Source: Mobula hypostoma (taxonomy: Eukaryota). Taken from it: a stretch of 64,000 nucleotides of DNA. A program made the translations under genes and the position numbers. Below, one piece after another: positions 48,431 to 60,591 of this stretch. The notes beneath the pieces are model-generated. The model ran no database searches. It had not been told where the DNA came from and saw only the letters and a list, made by a program, of their open reading frames with translations. Positions within the stretch are counted from its first letter, which is position 1. Every line of letters begins with the position of its first letter. Where the stretch lies: positions 67,954,001 through 68,018,000 of the forward strand of contig NC_086108.1 of NCBI RefSeq assembly GCF_963921235.1. The letters run 5' to 3'.

Positions 48431-50254
48431 GAAGTTTTCATCAGTCTCTGTAGAGAGTCAGCAAACATGGGACTTAGCAAAAGAACTCACACCTTTCAAA
48501 TTCTAGTATAAGTGACTGTGACAAGTAGCCCTTACTGTCAGTCAAATCAGAAGACAGGATAATGGGGGTAAAAGCCATTAAGAAATTTGCGATTTACACA
48601 GAAATTACACCCAAATTATGTTAACATTCAATTCAACTTCAGTTAAAAGTTCAGTGTCTGCTCTAGAAGTATGAACATGCATGGATTTAAAACTGCAGTC
48701 AATACTAAATGCACTGTAAGTTAGTAGTCGCATATTGTATTCTACTTCAGATGTCAATAAATCCAAATTTTAGAAAGTTTGGTGCAGAAGCGTCACATTT
48801 AGCTCAAGTTACACAGAACAAATTATTACCTTTTCATTCAAAATTCAGTCTGAGAAAAGACTATTATCTCAATTCTCTACAATTATGGTAAATAATGGGA
48901 AAATTAATTGGACCAATTACAAAGCAGATTTTCCCATTATTTACCAATCTGTGGGGCACTGCTGTAGGTTTCACTATTTAGTCTTAACCATCAATTGTAG
49001 ATACAGTGCAGTACTTTGGCCTCAATAACTATTGGGTAGCATGTTAACATTTAGTACTGACATCCTCAGTTGTTAAAATTATAAGAGCAGCCAGTTGTCG
49101 CATTGCCCTCATTTCATTTGCTTTCTCCATTTACAGAAGGTGGGATTCTCTTCGAAGTGACCATTCTATGCTAATTATGGCTTATAATTAGTTGCATTGC
49201 TAACTTACAATGATGACAGAAGTGCCACCCCCTCCTCTGTCAGTTGATAACTGAAAACTACAATCCTGATACACAATAATGCAAAAAATGTTTTAAAGAC
49301 AAAACTAACATGAAAGCAAGGTGAAAAAAGGTCTCCCTAATTTTCCAAAGTACCATCTGCTGAGTGTATTGCAATCCTTTTCTCAATGATTTCAATGGAA
49401 AAAGGAAAGGTATAGCATGCCACAGGTAGTTACCAATGATAAGTGTGAACTTACACTGTGAGTGTTGGGGATTCTGCTTCACCCGCTGTGACGTATTCCG
49501 TGATGTTTTGATAGGTATGATGTGTGCATATTTCTTCTTAGGTTTTTGACCATCATTATAGCTGTGCTCATGGTGTCAGAATATCCACAGAATGTGTCTG
49601 AAACATTAGCGTCGATTTTTGTGTTGCCTGCCTGAGGAAATTCAGCAAGCTACCAAATAAATTCTCCTTCGAGACTCAGCAATATATAAATGGAAACTGG
49701 TTACGCTCTGCTTTATCTGTGTAGATTGGGTTATGTTGATAACAACAGGGCTAACTTTCGATTTTAATTAGAATTCTGAGGGCGAAAGAGGCAGAAGAAG
49801 CAGGCACAAAGAAACTAAGTTTTTCAGTATCCGAGACACAGGCAATGAAAGCTGAAAGAGAACTCCCCAAAGCTCTACAAATCCACTTTCTCCAAATTAT
49901 TCCCAAGATCTTTAAACTAGTGCTAGAAATGAACGGGAAGCTGGGTCTTCTCTTTATGGAAACAATTACAATGTTCCCATTAAGCTGTTTTAAGTAGTAC
50001 TCCAATTAGTAATAAAGACAATAGCAAGTCTTCACCATGATCACTCCCAGTTGTTTAAGGTCAGCAATCCCGCTGTATCATTATAGTGCCCTCTGGGATT
50101 ATAGAACATGCAGAATTGTCCTCTTTCATCTCTAAAACTTTCTCCTTCTGTTCAGCCTACACACTGTTGGCCTCTTGGACTCTCCCCAGAATCAATACCT
50201 TTCACCACATTTCCTTCCATAATGTCAATTCCACCACAACTGTGATATCTGGAT

Positions 50255-50700
50255 AGGCAGATACTTTATTGATCCCAAAAGAAATTACTGTCACAGTAGC
50301 ATTACGTGCACAGATATAGAAATATTAGAAGAGAAGTAAGAAAGAATAAAAAATAAGTTACCTCAAATAGTATAACAGGAGGGGCTATAGGTTGATTCAT
50401 TATAGAGCCTAATGGCTGAGGGTAAGAATGACCTCATATAGCACTATTTGGAGAAGCTCAGATGTCTTAGTTTATTTCTAAAAGTGCTCCTCTGTTCACT
50501 CAAGGTAGCATGCAGAGGATGAGAAACAGTCCAGAATTGCCAGGATTTTCCGTAGGGTCTTTTGTTCTATCACAGCCTCCAGTGTGTCCTGCTTGACTCC
50601 TATAATAGAGCCAGTGTTTCTAATTAGTTTGTTGAGCCCGTTGGCATCTCCCGTGTTGATGCCATTACTCCAGCACACTACCGCATATAAGATTGTAGTA
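50255..50700 (-). mobile_element. Rex1/Babar-type 3' fragment
   Basis: CWSNGINTGDANGLNKLIRNTGSIIG..LEAVIEQKTLRKILAILD; tail ATACTTTATTGATCC as at 33917-33931. Confidence 0.85.
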
Positions 50701-50959
50701 AGGCCTTATTGTAGATATCTACATTGATTTGGACAGTAGGAATGTTCTTGGGGAACACCATATTCCCGTGGGGATGGCCTCCTCACCTTGCTACACTTGT
50801 ATTGTTAATAGTTCAAGCTCTTAGTGATAATGCACTTTTCTCACCAAATTACATTGCAGTCACTCCCCAATTACATTTTTACCATCTCCCTCTGTAGCAC
50901 CTCACCTTATGCCATGCCTCCCAGATTCTTAAAACTCATTTTGATATAAAAAAAACAAT

Positions 50960-52410
50960 CACATTAGTTTATTTGTTAGAGCAGTCAGTGAGTGACTTCT
51001 TTCTTGATGGCTCATAATCTTTCCACCACATACATATTTCGCTCATCTGGTTGAGTGCAACTTCAACAATAACATAAGAGGTTCAACAGTGTGCAGATGG
51101 AACAATCTGTTTTAGTGGAATTCCATCCATCTCCTTAAGTATTCACTCATTCCACCACCGAAGCAGCAGAATCTATAAGGTTCATTACTGCAAAAAACCA
51201 AATCTTCTTCATTGAATATGAGAGCAGAAAGGTTATGCTCCAACTTTATATAACATTGATCATACTTCATCTGAGGTACAGCATGTTGTACTAGAAGCAC
51301 AATATAAGAAAGATGTAACACCACTAGAGAAGATGCAGAGGAGATTCATCTGGATGTGGTTTGAGATGGAGCAGTTATAGCTACGAACATCTATTGGATA
51401 GGTTGGTTGTGTTTTCTCTAGAGCAGAGAAGGTTAAAGGGGCAGATTTATAAAGATTTGTTAAGGCCACTTTTGGAGTATTGTGTGCATTTCTGGTCACC
51501 AACCACAGGAAGGATGTGAAGGATTTGGAGAAGATGCAAGAAAAGATTCAGCAGGATATTGCCTTGATTATTGAGTAACAGAGGTTGGTTGAATTTGAAC
51601 TGTTTTCTCTGGAGCTTCGGAGGCTGATGGTTGATCGAATAGAAGTATATAAAAAATGAGTGAATTAAAATGCTCAGTTACTTTATGCTAACCAAACATT
51701 TTATTGTTTCAGTTAGAGAAAAATAGAAAATTACGAATGGCATAAAGAGTCTTTTTCCCAGGGTGGAAATGTCAAATACCAGTCTGCTAAGTTTTTAGGT
51801 GAGGGGGCAAATTTAAAGGAGATTTAAGGAGCAAGTTTTCTTTTCATACAGAAAGGAAGGTGAATGCAAAGCCAGGAGAGGTATAAAAGTAGATACAACA
51901 GCAATATTTAAGAGGCATTAAGAGGCATATGAACAGGCAATATAGGCTATGCGCAGACAGATGTGCAGTTTAAATTTGATTCCTGGTCAGGATAACCTTA
52001 TGGAATTTAGCCCTTGACCTTGATGTACTGTTTTATATTCTGTGACATGATTAGGTACCTGCAATAATGAGATATACAGGATAGACTTCAGGAATCTTTA
52101 TCCCTTTACCAGGAATGAGTAAAACTGGAGGAGAAGGTTTAAGTTAAGATTTAAGAGATTTAGAGGAGATTTAATGGGGACTTTTTTTTCATCCAGAGAT
52201 TGGTGAGAACCTGGAATACACTGCCAAAGATAGTGATGGGAGCAAAGTCACTTACAGCATTAAAAAAGTACCAGACAAGCTCCTGAGTCACCTAAGAATT
52301 GAAAGTTATGGGCCAAGTGCTGGAAGATGGAATTAATATGGCTATGAATGTAGTAGGCAGAATGGCCACTGGTCAGCATGAACTTAGCGGGCAGAATGGC
52401 CTGCTTTAGT
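50960..52410 (+). mobile_element. Cluster of decayed CR1 3' fragments
   Basis: TAAGGCCACTTTTGGAGTATTGTGTGCATTTCTGG, TTTTCTCTGGAGCTTCGGAGGCTGA, GGGCAAATTTAAAGGAGAT, GGGCAGAATGGCCTG. Confidence 0.75.
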
Positions 52411-54208
52411 GTGGAAGGCTAGCCGGGTTAGAGCCGAGTAATATTTTGCCAGGGGTTTTGGAACCATACTTCTGTTCTAAATCCGTGCACACAGGGCACA
52501 AACAGGAATTAGAAATTCCAGAAGCAGAAAACATTCAGTTCCACATCACTAATATTGTTCATTGTTCAGGATATGAAATCTGGCATTTTTCATTATGTAA
52601 GAAGTCTGGAGCAACAGAAAAACTCCCAATTGATGTTTAAAAATGACAACGGTAAAAGATTATGAAGCATGTTAATTCATCTTATCCTTAATTTCACAGA
52701 AATAAATGCTCAATTACTTTATGCTAACCAAGCATTTTATTGTTCCAGTTAGAGAAAACTACAGAAAAGAAAGATACCTCCCATTTGCTTTTATGTGGCA
52801 GACATATTTGATCAATCACCTACAAGTTCATTTAAAATATAGTAAATTCTTGACTGTTTTTAAAGGTGAACTTGGTAGAAAAGAAATACAATTACACAGA
52901 CAGTCTATTCCAAAGGTTTATTTGTTTGAGGATTTAAATGGATTTCACTTTACATGAAAATATGGTGCTCTTCAAATATTATGTGCCAAATACCATAATC
53001 TGTAAATACATACTTCTGAATATCACAAATCAGATGGAATATGTCTTCAGTTTTTTTAAGTTGCATAAATATCTTGCAATATTACTTTGCAAAAATGCAC
53101 TCAATTGGCCATTCATGCTTTTAAATGGTTGAGGGAATGTGAAGCTTTTAGCTTAATTTTCATTGTCCTTTTTCCGTTTTGTGTCAAAAAATAACCTTCA
53201 CAATTTATTTAAATTTTCATTTTCCACAGCTCAAAGAACTGGTAGTCTTATAAATACATATTAATATAACCATCTGCAAGACAAATGACAAAATAGCAAT
53301 CACAAAGCTTGTGCATTCTGGTGTTTTCAATTTAGAAACTATGCATTATTTACACTGTTATTATTCCACTCAATTTAGGTTAAGGATTTAGTCTTAATTT
53401 CAATATAATCAAAGTCAATGAATATTTAATCAGTATCGCTTCCAGAAATTTTGTTTCTCTATTATCATAATGTTGACTGCTGCAGTCCTGATTGAACATA
53501 TTTTGGCCTAAATACATAAATAAAAGGTTTGATCATATGGAATCAAAAATGCTGTTGTAATAGAATGTTGACAGTTTGCCTGCATTGCGGAGGATAATTT
53601 TAATATGATGCAAAATCTTTTGTTAAATTTAAGAAGCTAGACCTCTTTAAATAAGAAATCAAATTGGCCAAAAGCAAATGAGCCCCAGTAATAGGGAATA
53701 AAATCCTATTCTTTTTTTTAATCTAGTTTTTCTTCTTTCCTTCAGGATATGAACAGTAATCAATGACCTGGATACAGCAATGTGATAAAATTAAGTGACA
53801 CAGATGATATTCACTGTCATTACTTTGGGAAGCTGAGAACAACATAGGAATTGTGCATGTACTTTAACACAGACATTTCCAATAGATACTACAAGCATTC
53901 AATGCACCTCAATGAATAATCAAATATGACATTCCCACCTACTCCTGGAAATCACAGCTCACAACTGCTCGAAGGAGAGAAGGTGTATTTGGGATGGTAT
54001 TGAAAGCAAGTATTAGGAGATCACAGAGACCCCATGTCCGTAACAGATGGAACAGACCACCTCACAGATGACCCACTTTGCTGTCACATGTGGAGCATAT
54101 GCTGTTCCTACATTTTCCTCAAAAGGCACCTGAAGACCATTAAAACTCTAGTCAAAGTAAATCATCCTTGATGTTGAAAGTCTGTCTAAGAAACATCAGG
54201 AGAACCAC

Positions 54209-54760
54209 TGTAACCCTCAGTTTGACTAGCAGCTTAGTCTCAGGGAAGGCAGCCCCCTGCCCAGCCAAACTTAAATCTTGTTTGAGTGGATGCTGCATGA
54301 TGTGTTCCCCTGTTACAAATCAGTACCATGAAATAACAAACAGTGCACAATATGCAATTAAAAGATTGAGCTTTATAATTCTTAATTTGACTATACGGTT
54401 AGTAAAGAAACAAAAAAAGAAAAGGGCCCATTCTCATGAAAGTCTAATGCGCAACATTGGAGCTCAAGGTTCCATCCATTAGTTCCCCGTCGCCCTCCTC
54501 CGAGTGTAGCCAACCCTCGGACCCTCGCTCCAAGTCCACCCTGTCTGGCAGTCTAACAACTCTCTCCATTCGCATCTTCTCTCTTCATCTCTCCCTGACA
54601 AAGAACTGCGAAATCCCTGCTTCCAGACCCACAAGAAAGAAAAACATGCCTCTTATTGGCTAGCATATATTCCAAAGCCCCCATTATCTCTAGTCATAAT
54701 CCAACATTGCTGTTACAGAGAAACCATTACCTTAGCAGTGAAATCTTACCGCGCGTTACA
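54209..54760 (-). mobile_element. Solo LTR of the Gypsy family at 58448-64000
   Basis: TGTAA...TTACA termini. Reverse complement matches 58448-59018 (e.g. TTATGACTAGAGATAA, CTGAGGGTTACA). Confidence 0.92.
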
Positions 54761-55299
54761 CAAGATTATACACAGAATCAACAATGCAGTGTACATTTGA
54801 GCTAATTGTCTGCTATGTACAAACTTCATTCATTCCAAGTTGTTGCTCTATGTTCAAGGAAATCCAAGAACTGCTCCCCCACAATGAATATTTAAGTGGC
54901 ACAAAATCATGAAGCACATAGGCAGTTTTTAATGGTTATTAATTTTAAGAATTCAAAAATCTTCAATGGTTTGTAAATATGAAATATTTTAATTAAAGGT
55001 TGCAGAAATATCTTAAGTTGATACAAGTTTTCAAATGTTTATGGAGCTGTTTAATGGCTACTTATCTCAATTTGTATTTTACACTGAGTATCCTGTGTGT
55101 TTTCTTGCTTGTGTAGTCTTGACTGTTCCACATAGACACATGATTCTGTCATTGTGTAAAAGATCATCTATCCCCACCCCCCCATGTCTTTCTGTGCCTA
55201 TCTGTGAGTTTTGACATAGCTGACCAACAATCCTTCTCCCATGCCTCTCTGCCATCATTCGTTTGGTAAGACTGCACTTGCCTTGTTCAATTTTTGGTA

Positions 55300-58200
55300 T
55301 ATTTCAATTAACATTTGAGTAATAGTGTAGATATATTATTTCATAAAGCATTCTTTGTTGTTTACATTATTCATTCTGGTTCTATGTGAATGGCATGTGT
55401 CATTCCACTTCTACAGCATAAGTGCATGCCACACTTAAAGTAAGCTAAGACATGCATTCCTGGACCCCCTTGTTTTTCCTTCAAATAATTTTTACAATTT
55501 GGAATTACAAAAGTGATAGTGGTGATGAGGTATTTTTAAAACAAATGCAAGATGACTACCTACCTGCTGAAGTGCAGCGAGATAATCAACTTTTTAAAAA
55601 AGCATAGGGAGATGGTTGAGCTAAGACAACAGCCAGTGCTGCAAGTGTCTCTTCAGAAGGGAAAGAGGAAAGGAGGCTGGAAATGGACAAATCCACAGGT
55701 TCACAAGACTTGCTACACTAGAAAGATAGATGCACATGATTGCACAAGAGACAACTAGATACTGTACACTGAGCAAACTAAGCTGCGTTTTGAAGCAAAT
55801 GCACTAACTGATGAAATGCTAGTGCCTCTTTTGCTGAGTGCATTGGATTTAAAAGCATATGGTTGCTTAGAAGATTGACTACTCAAACCAAACCAGCCAA
55901 AAAGAGCTTTAATGATATCATGAAAGTAAAGCAGAAACATTTCGAGCTGAATCCATTGTTGATTGCAGAATTTGTTAGGTTTCATAAGTGGAATCAAAAG
56001 GAAATAGAGTCCATTTCAACATAAATGGCAGAATTGAATCGAAACGAACTGATGGGCTTAATGATGCACTAAGATCATTTATTCTGTGGAAACTTAAAAA
56101 AAAACATTTGGAAAGAGCTCCTAACTGAAGCGCAACTCTCATTTAAAAGAGTAGTTGAAATCACCATATCAATGAAAACAGCAGCCGGAGAAGCAATTGA
56201 GTTGCAGTCAGAAATGAAAGTGAGCATAAACAAAATGGCAGCATCTAGACAGAGGCCTGCCTGGCCCAAAATACTATGTTACTATTTTGGCAGAGGCTCA
56301 CTTAGATCAATGCAAATTTAAAGGCGAAACTTGCAGAAAATGTAATAAAGTAGGACGCATACTGTACAAAAAGCATGTCAGGCAGACAAAAATAAATCGA
56401 CTGCATAGGAAAGAGAAAAAGATAAAAAATTCAAGTTAGAGTTTCAAAAAGAGCATTAATCTGCATCCTGTTAATGAAAAATCTAATAATGATGAAAGTG
56501 ACACAGGACTGCATAGCCTTGAGATTTACCATGTGAAAACTAACAAGAGACAAGCAATATGGTTTACACCAGAAGTGAAAGTCAAATTAATGAAAATAGA
56601 ATTGGACATTGGCTCAGCTGTTTCAGTCATTCCACCAGATGAGCTTGAATGGCATTTCAAATATACTGAACTGAAGCCAGCAACGAAGAACTTTAACTCA
56701 TAACAGTGAAATACAACAACCAACAAGCCACATTGGGCCGGTTTTTTTGGTAAAAGTGGGAGGGCCAGTAACGTGGGGGTGTGATTAGCTGAGACAACTA
56801 CAAATGGATTGGTGATCCATCCGCATGCTACATCCTCTGCAATAGAGTCAACTGTAAACAAATTATGAAAGGTACTGGATGATACCACCACAGTGTTCAA
56901 CGATGGCATTGGAAGGGTAAAATTGGGATAATATATCAAGGGAAAAATAATGTCAAATGAAAATACCATACCTAACTTTTCAAAGCTTGTCTGGTTCCTT
57001 ACATGATCCATGATAAAATAGGCAGTGAGAAAAATCGCATGGAGGTCAAAGGAATTCTTTCCAAAGTTGAGTAAAGCCCATGGATAACGCCAGTGGTTCC
57101 AGTAGCCAAAAAAAATGGATCTTGTCAGGATCTGTGGTTGAGGTCACCATCAACCCAGTAGTGAAAATGGATCAATACACTCTGCCCGGGACAGAGGATA
57201 TCTTTGCAAACCATTCTGGAGGAAAAGACGTCAGCAGAGTTGCCTTAGCTGAGTCCTACCTGCAGATGGAGATGGAAGAAGTGTCCAAAGTGTTTCTCAC
57301 CAAGGGCTTTATCGCAATAATAGATCTATTTTTGGAGTAGCATCTGCACTGGCATTCTGTTAGAACACTATGGACCAGGTGCTGCAAGGTCGCCCAGGCA
57401 ATCAGTGTTAGGTAGATGACATCATTGTTACCGGTAAGGATGACAAGGGATATCTTCAAAATCTCTTAAAAAGATTAGAAGGTTATGGGCTCAGAACACA
57501 ATGCAACAATTTAAATTCTTTAAACCATGCATCACTTACTGTGGGCATGCTATTGACACACAAGGGTTACACAGGGGTGTTGAGAAAATTCAAGCAGTGA
57601 TGGATGCCCCAAAGCCAAAGAACTTGTTAGAGTTGCAGTCCTTTTTAGGATTTGTCAGATACAATAACAGGTTCCTGCCAAACCTGGCTGCAGTGCTCCA
57701 CCCATTGAATTCATTGCTACAGATCAGGAAGAAATGGTAGTAGATAAAGCAGTGTGAGGTGGATTTCAAGAAATTAGAGGAAATGGTGATGCATTATGAT
57801 CCACATCGTCCAGTGATGCTTGCCTGTCACACCTCGCCTTAGGATATAGGTGCAGTTAAGTCACATGTTATGCGTGATGGAAGAGAACACCCCATAACAT
57901 TTGCATCACATTCCCTTACTATTGCAGAGAGAAATTACGCACAGATTTAGGGTGCAAACCAGTACTTGTATGGGAGAGAGTTTACCCACATTACTGATCA
58001 ACAACCACTAGTGTCCATTTTCACTCCACTGACAGCAGCAGCACAGATGCAGAGGTGGGTGCTGTTTCTTAGAGGACAGAATTACAAGATGGCATTCAAG
58101 AGGACAGCTAATCATGGAAATGCTGATGAAGCATTCTGGAGAAAGGAGAAGAAAGGTGTCAGAACCACTTTCTGTGGTCCCAAAGTCAACTCCAACAGCC

Positions 58201-58447
58201 ATCACTGAGGATGCCCCTGAACCTGAGATTGTTTTACATCACAAGTCTCACCTACCAAACAGAATGACACCCCCTTGTTAGGAAAAGTGTTATCCCACAA
58301 TAAGAAATCCTCCACAGCAATTAAATCTTCCAGCCTGAATGGGACAATTTAAAAATTACTATGCTGTTGATGTCTATCTAGTAGTTATATTGTATAGTAT
58401 ACTTTCTTTGTTTACATAATTAAGTACGGGTTAGATGTAAAACTATG
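55300..58447 (+). mobile_element. Decayed Gypsy LTR retrotransposon A (gag-PR-RT-RH; integrase mostly deleted)
   Basis: PBS-like TGGTGATGAG at ~55520. Zinc knuckle QCKFKGETCRKCNKVG at ~56310-56355; protease IELDIGSAVSVI at ~56596; RT INPVVKMDQYTLP, C*VDDIIVTG, LQSFLGFVRYNNRFLPNL; RH YGREFTHITDQQPL..HGNAD. Diverged LTR-like blocks at ~55340 and ~58400. The 5' boundary is approximate. Confidence 0.88.
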
Positions 58448-59018
58448 TGTAATACGCTGTAAGGTTTCACTGTTAATGTAATGGCCACTCTGTAATGTTT
58501 CACTGCTAATGTGATGGTTTCTCTGTAGCAGCAATGTCTGGGTTATGACTAGAGATAACGGGGGCTTTGGAATGTGCAGCATCCAATGTTGTTCTTTCTT
58601 GTGGGTCTGAGAGAAGGAATTTCATGGTCTTTTGTCGGTGAGAGATAAAGAGAAAAACGCGAGTGGAGAGAGTTGGTAGACCGCCGGATGGAGTGGACTT
58701 GGAGCGAGGGTTCGAGGGTCAGCGATGCTCCGAGGAGGTCAGTGTGGAAAGAATGGTTGGAACCATGAGCTCCAATATGCGCATTAGAGTGTTTCATTAA
58801 AATGGGCTCTTTTTCTTTTTATTTTCTTTACTAACCCCATAGTCAGATTAAGATTTATAAAGTTCAATCGTTTAATTGCATATGGTGCATTGTCTGATAT
58901 TTTGCAGCACGGATTTGTAACTGGGCAACACGGCACACAGCATTAACATAAACAAGATTTCTCAGTTTGGCTGGGCCAGAGGCTGTCTTCCCCTAGACAA
59001 ACAAACCTGAGGGTTACA
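58448..59018 (+). repeat. 5' LTR of Gypsy B
   Basis: TGTAA...TTACA; repeated from 63809; followed by TTGTGGGGG (PBS-like). Confidence 0.93.
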
Positions 59019-60591
59019 ATTGTGGGGGTACCATTCTGGGATTGATTTTGTTGCATGCTGTGTGATTGCCCTGAGCATTGAACCAGTGGGTTGTGTGTTT
59101 AAGTCAAGAGGGTTTGGGGGGGCATCCTGTATCAGGATCAGGGCACCGGGTTGAGACCCATTGTGTTTGTCAGCCGGACTATCGCCCTGAGAAAAACTAT
59201 CCAAGTTGGAATTTCTGGCCTTGAAATGGGCGGTGGTGGATAAGTTGAGTGACTAGCTCTATGGAGACAAGTTTGAGGTGAGAATGGCCAACAACCCCCT
59301 AAATTATATCCTGACCTTGGCAAAAGTGGATACCAGAGGCCTTTGGTGGTTGGCGGCGTTGTCTGCCTATGATTTCAGCCTGAAGTACCGGCAGGGAAGC
59401 AGGAACATTGATGCTGATGCTTTGACCCAATGGGCGCATAACGGACTGGACAGGGATGAAGAGTGGGAGAGCGTTCCTGCCCCGGAGTTGAAGGCCCTAT
59501 GTCAGTTTGCCATCACCGTGAAGGTAGAGGGAAAGGAGGGGCAGGATCGAGTGGTGGATCAAATGGGAGCTTCTGATGACGTCATTCCCCAAGCTTACCT
59601 GACTGCTCTGAAGACAAATCCGTTGCCAGAATTGAGGTCGAGGGAAGTGGCAGCTGCTCAGTGAGATGATCCAGGCATCGGTACCATTTGGTCAGCGGTC
59701 AAAAAGGGAGACATGGCTCAGGCAGAGAAGACGAAACATGCTTCGGTGCCTCCATTACTGAGAGCATGGCCTCAGTTGGAGTTGAAGAACCAGATCTTAT
59801 ACCGGACACGTCACCCCTGGGCCGACCTCAATGTCACCAGCTGGTTCTGCCCGAGAAGTATCAGAAGATTGTATTGAAGTCACTTCATGATGATTCTGGA
59901 CATTTGGGGGTTGAAGAGACCTATGGATTGCTCAGAGGCTGGTTTTACTGGCCTCGAATCAAGTTGGAAGTCGAAGAATACTGCAAGTCGTGCATTTGAT
60001 GCATATGGCAGAAGACGCTGCCTACGCGATCAGCTCCCTTGTCCCACTTGCAGAGTGGGGGGCCTCTGGACCTGGCGTGTATGGATTTTCTGTCCATAGA
60101 ATCCGATGCCAGCAACATGGCGAATGTCTTAGTCATCGTGGGCCACTACACCAGATATGCTCAGGCTTTTCCTACCAAGGACCAGAGGGCGTCCATGGTG
60201 GTTGAAGTGTTATGGGAGAAGTATTTCATTTATAATGGCCTCCCCAGGGGGATACATAGGGATCAGGGATGGAATTTCGAGAGCAGACTCATACATGAGT
60301 TACTGAGCATGCTTGGAGTAGAGAAGTCGAGGACCACGCCCTATCATCTGCAGGGTGATCCCCAGCCTGAGAGGTTTAATCGGACCTTGCTGGACATGCT
60401 CAAGACCCTGGAGATCAGCAAGAAGAGCTAGTGGTGTCAACATATTAGGCATCTGGTTCACAGTTATAATTGTACACAAAATGAAGCAATTGGGTACTCG
60501 CCATATTATCTGATGTTTCGGTACAAGACGAGGTTGCCCATTGACCTTTGATTTGGGACTGACGAGGATGACCTACCTCTGAAGATTTATC

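Noticed and set aside
53710..53790. Strong plus-strand acceptor-like tract (TTTTCTTCTTTCCTTCAG)
   Set aside because: All three frames hit stops within ~25 nt and there is no good donor.
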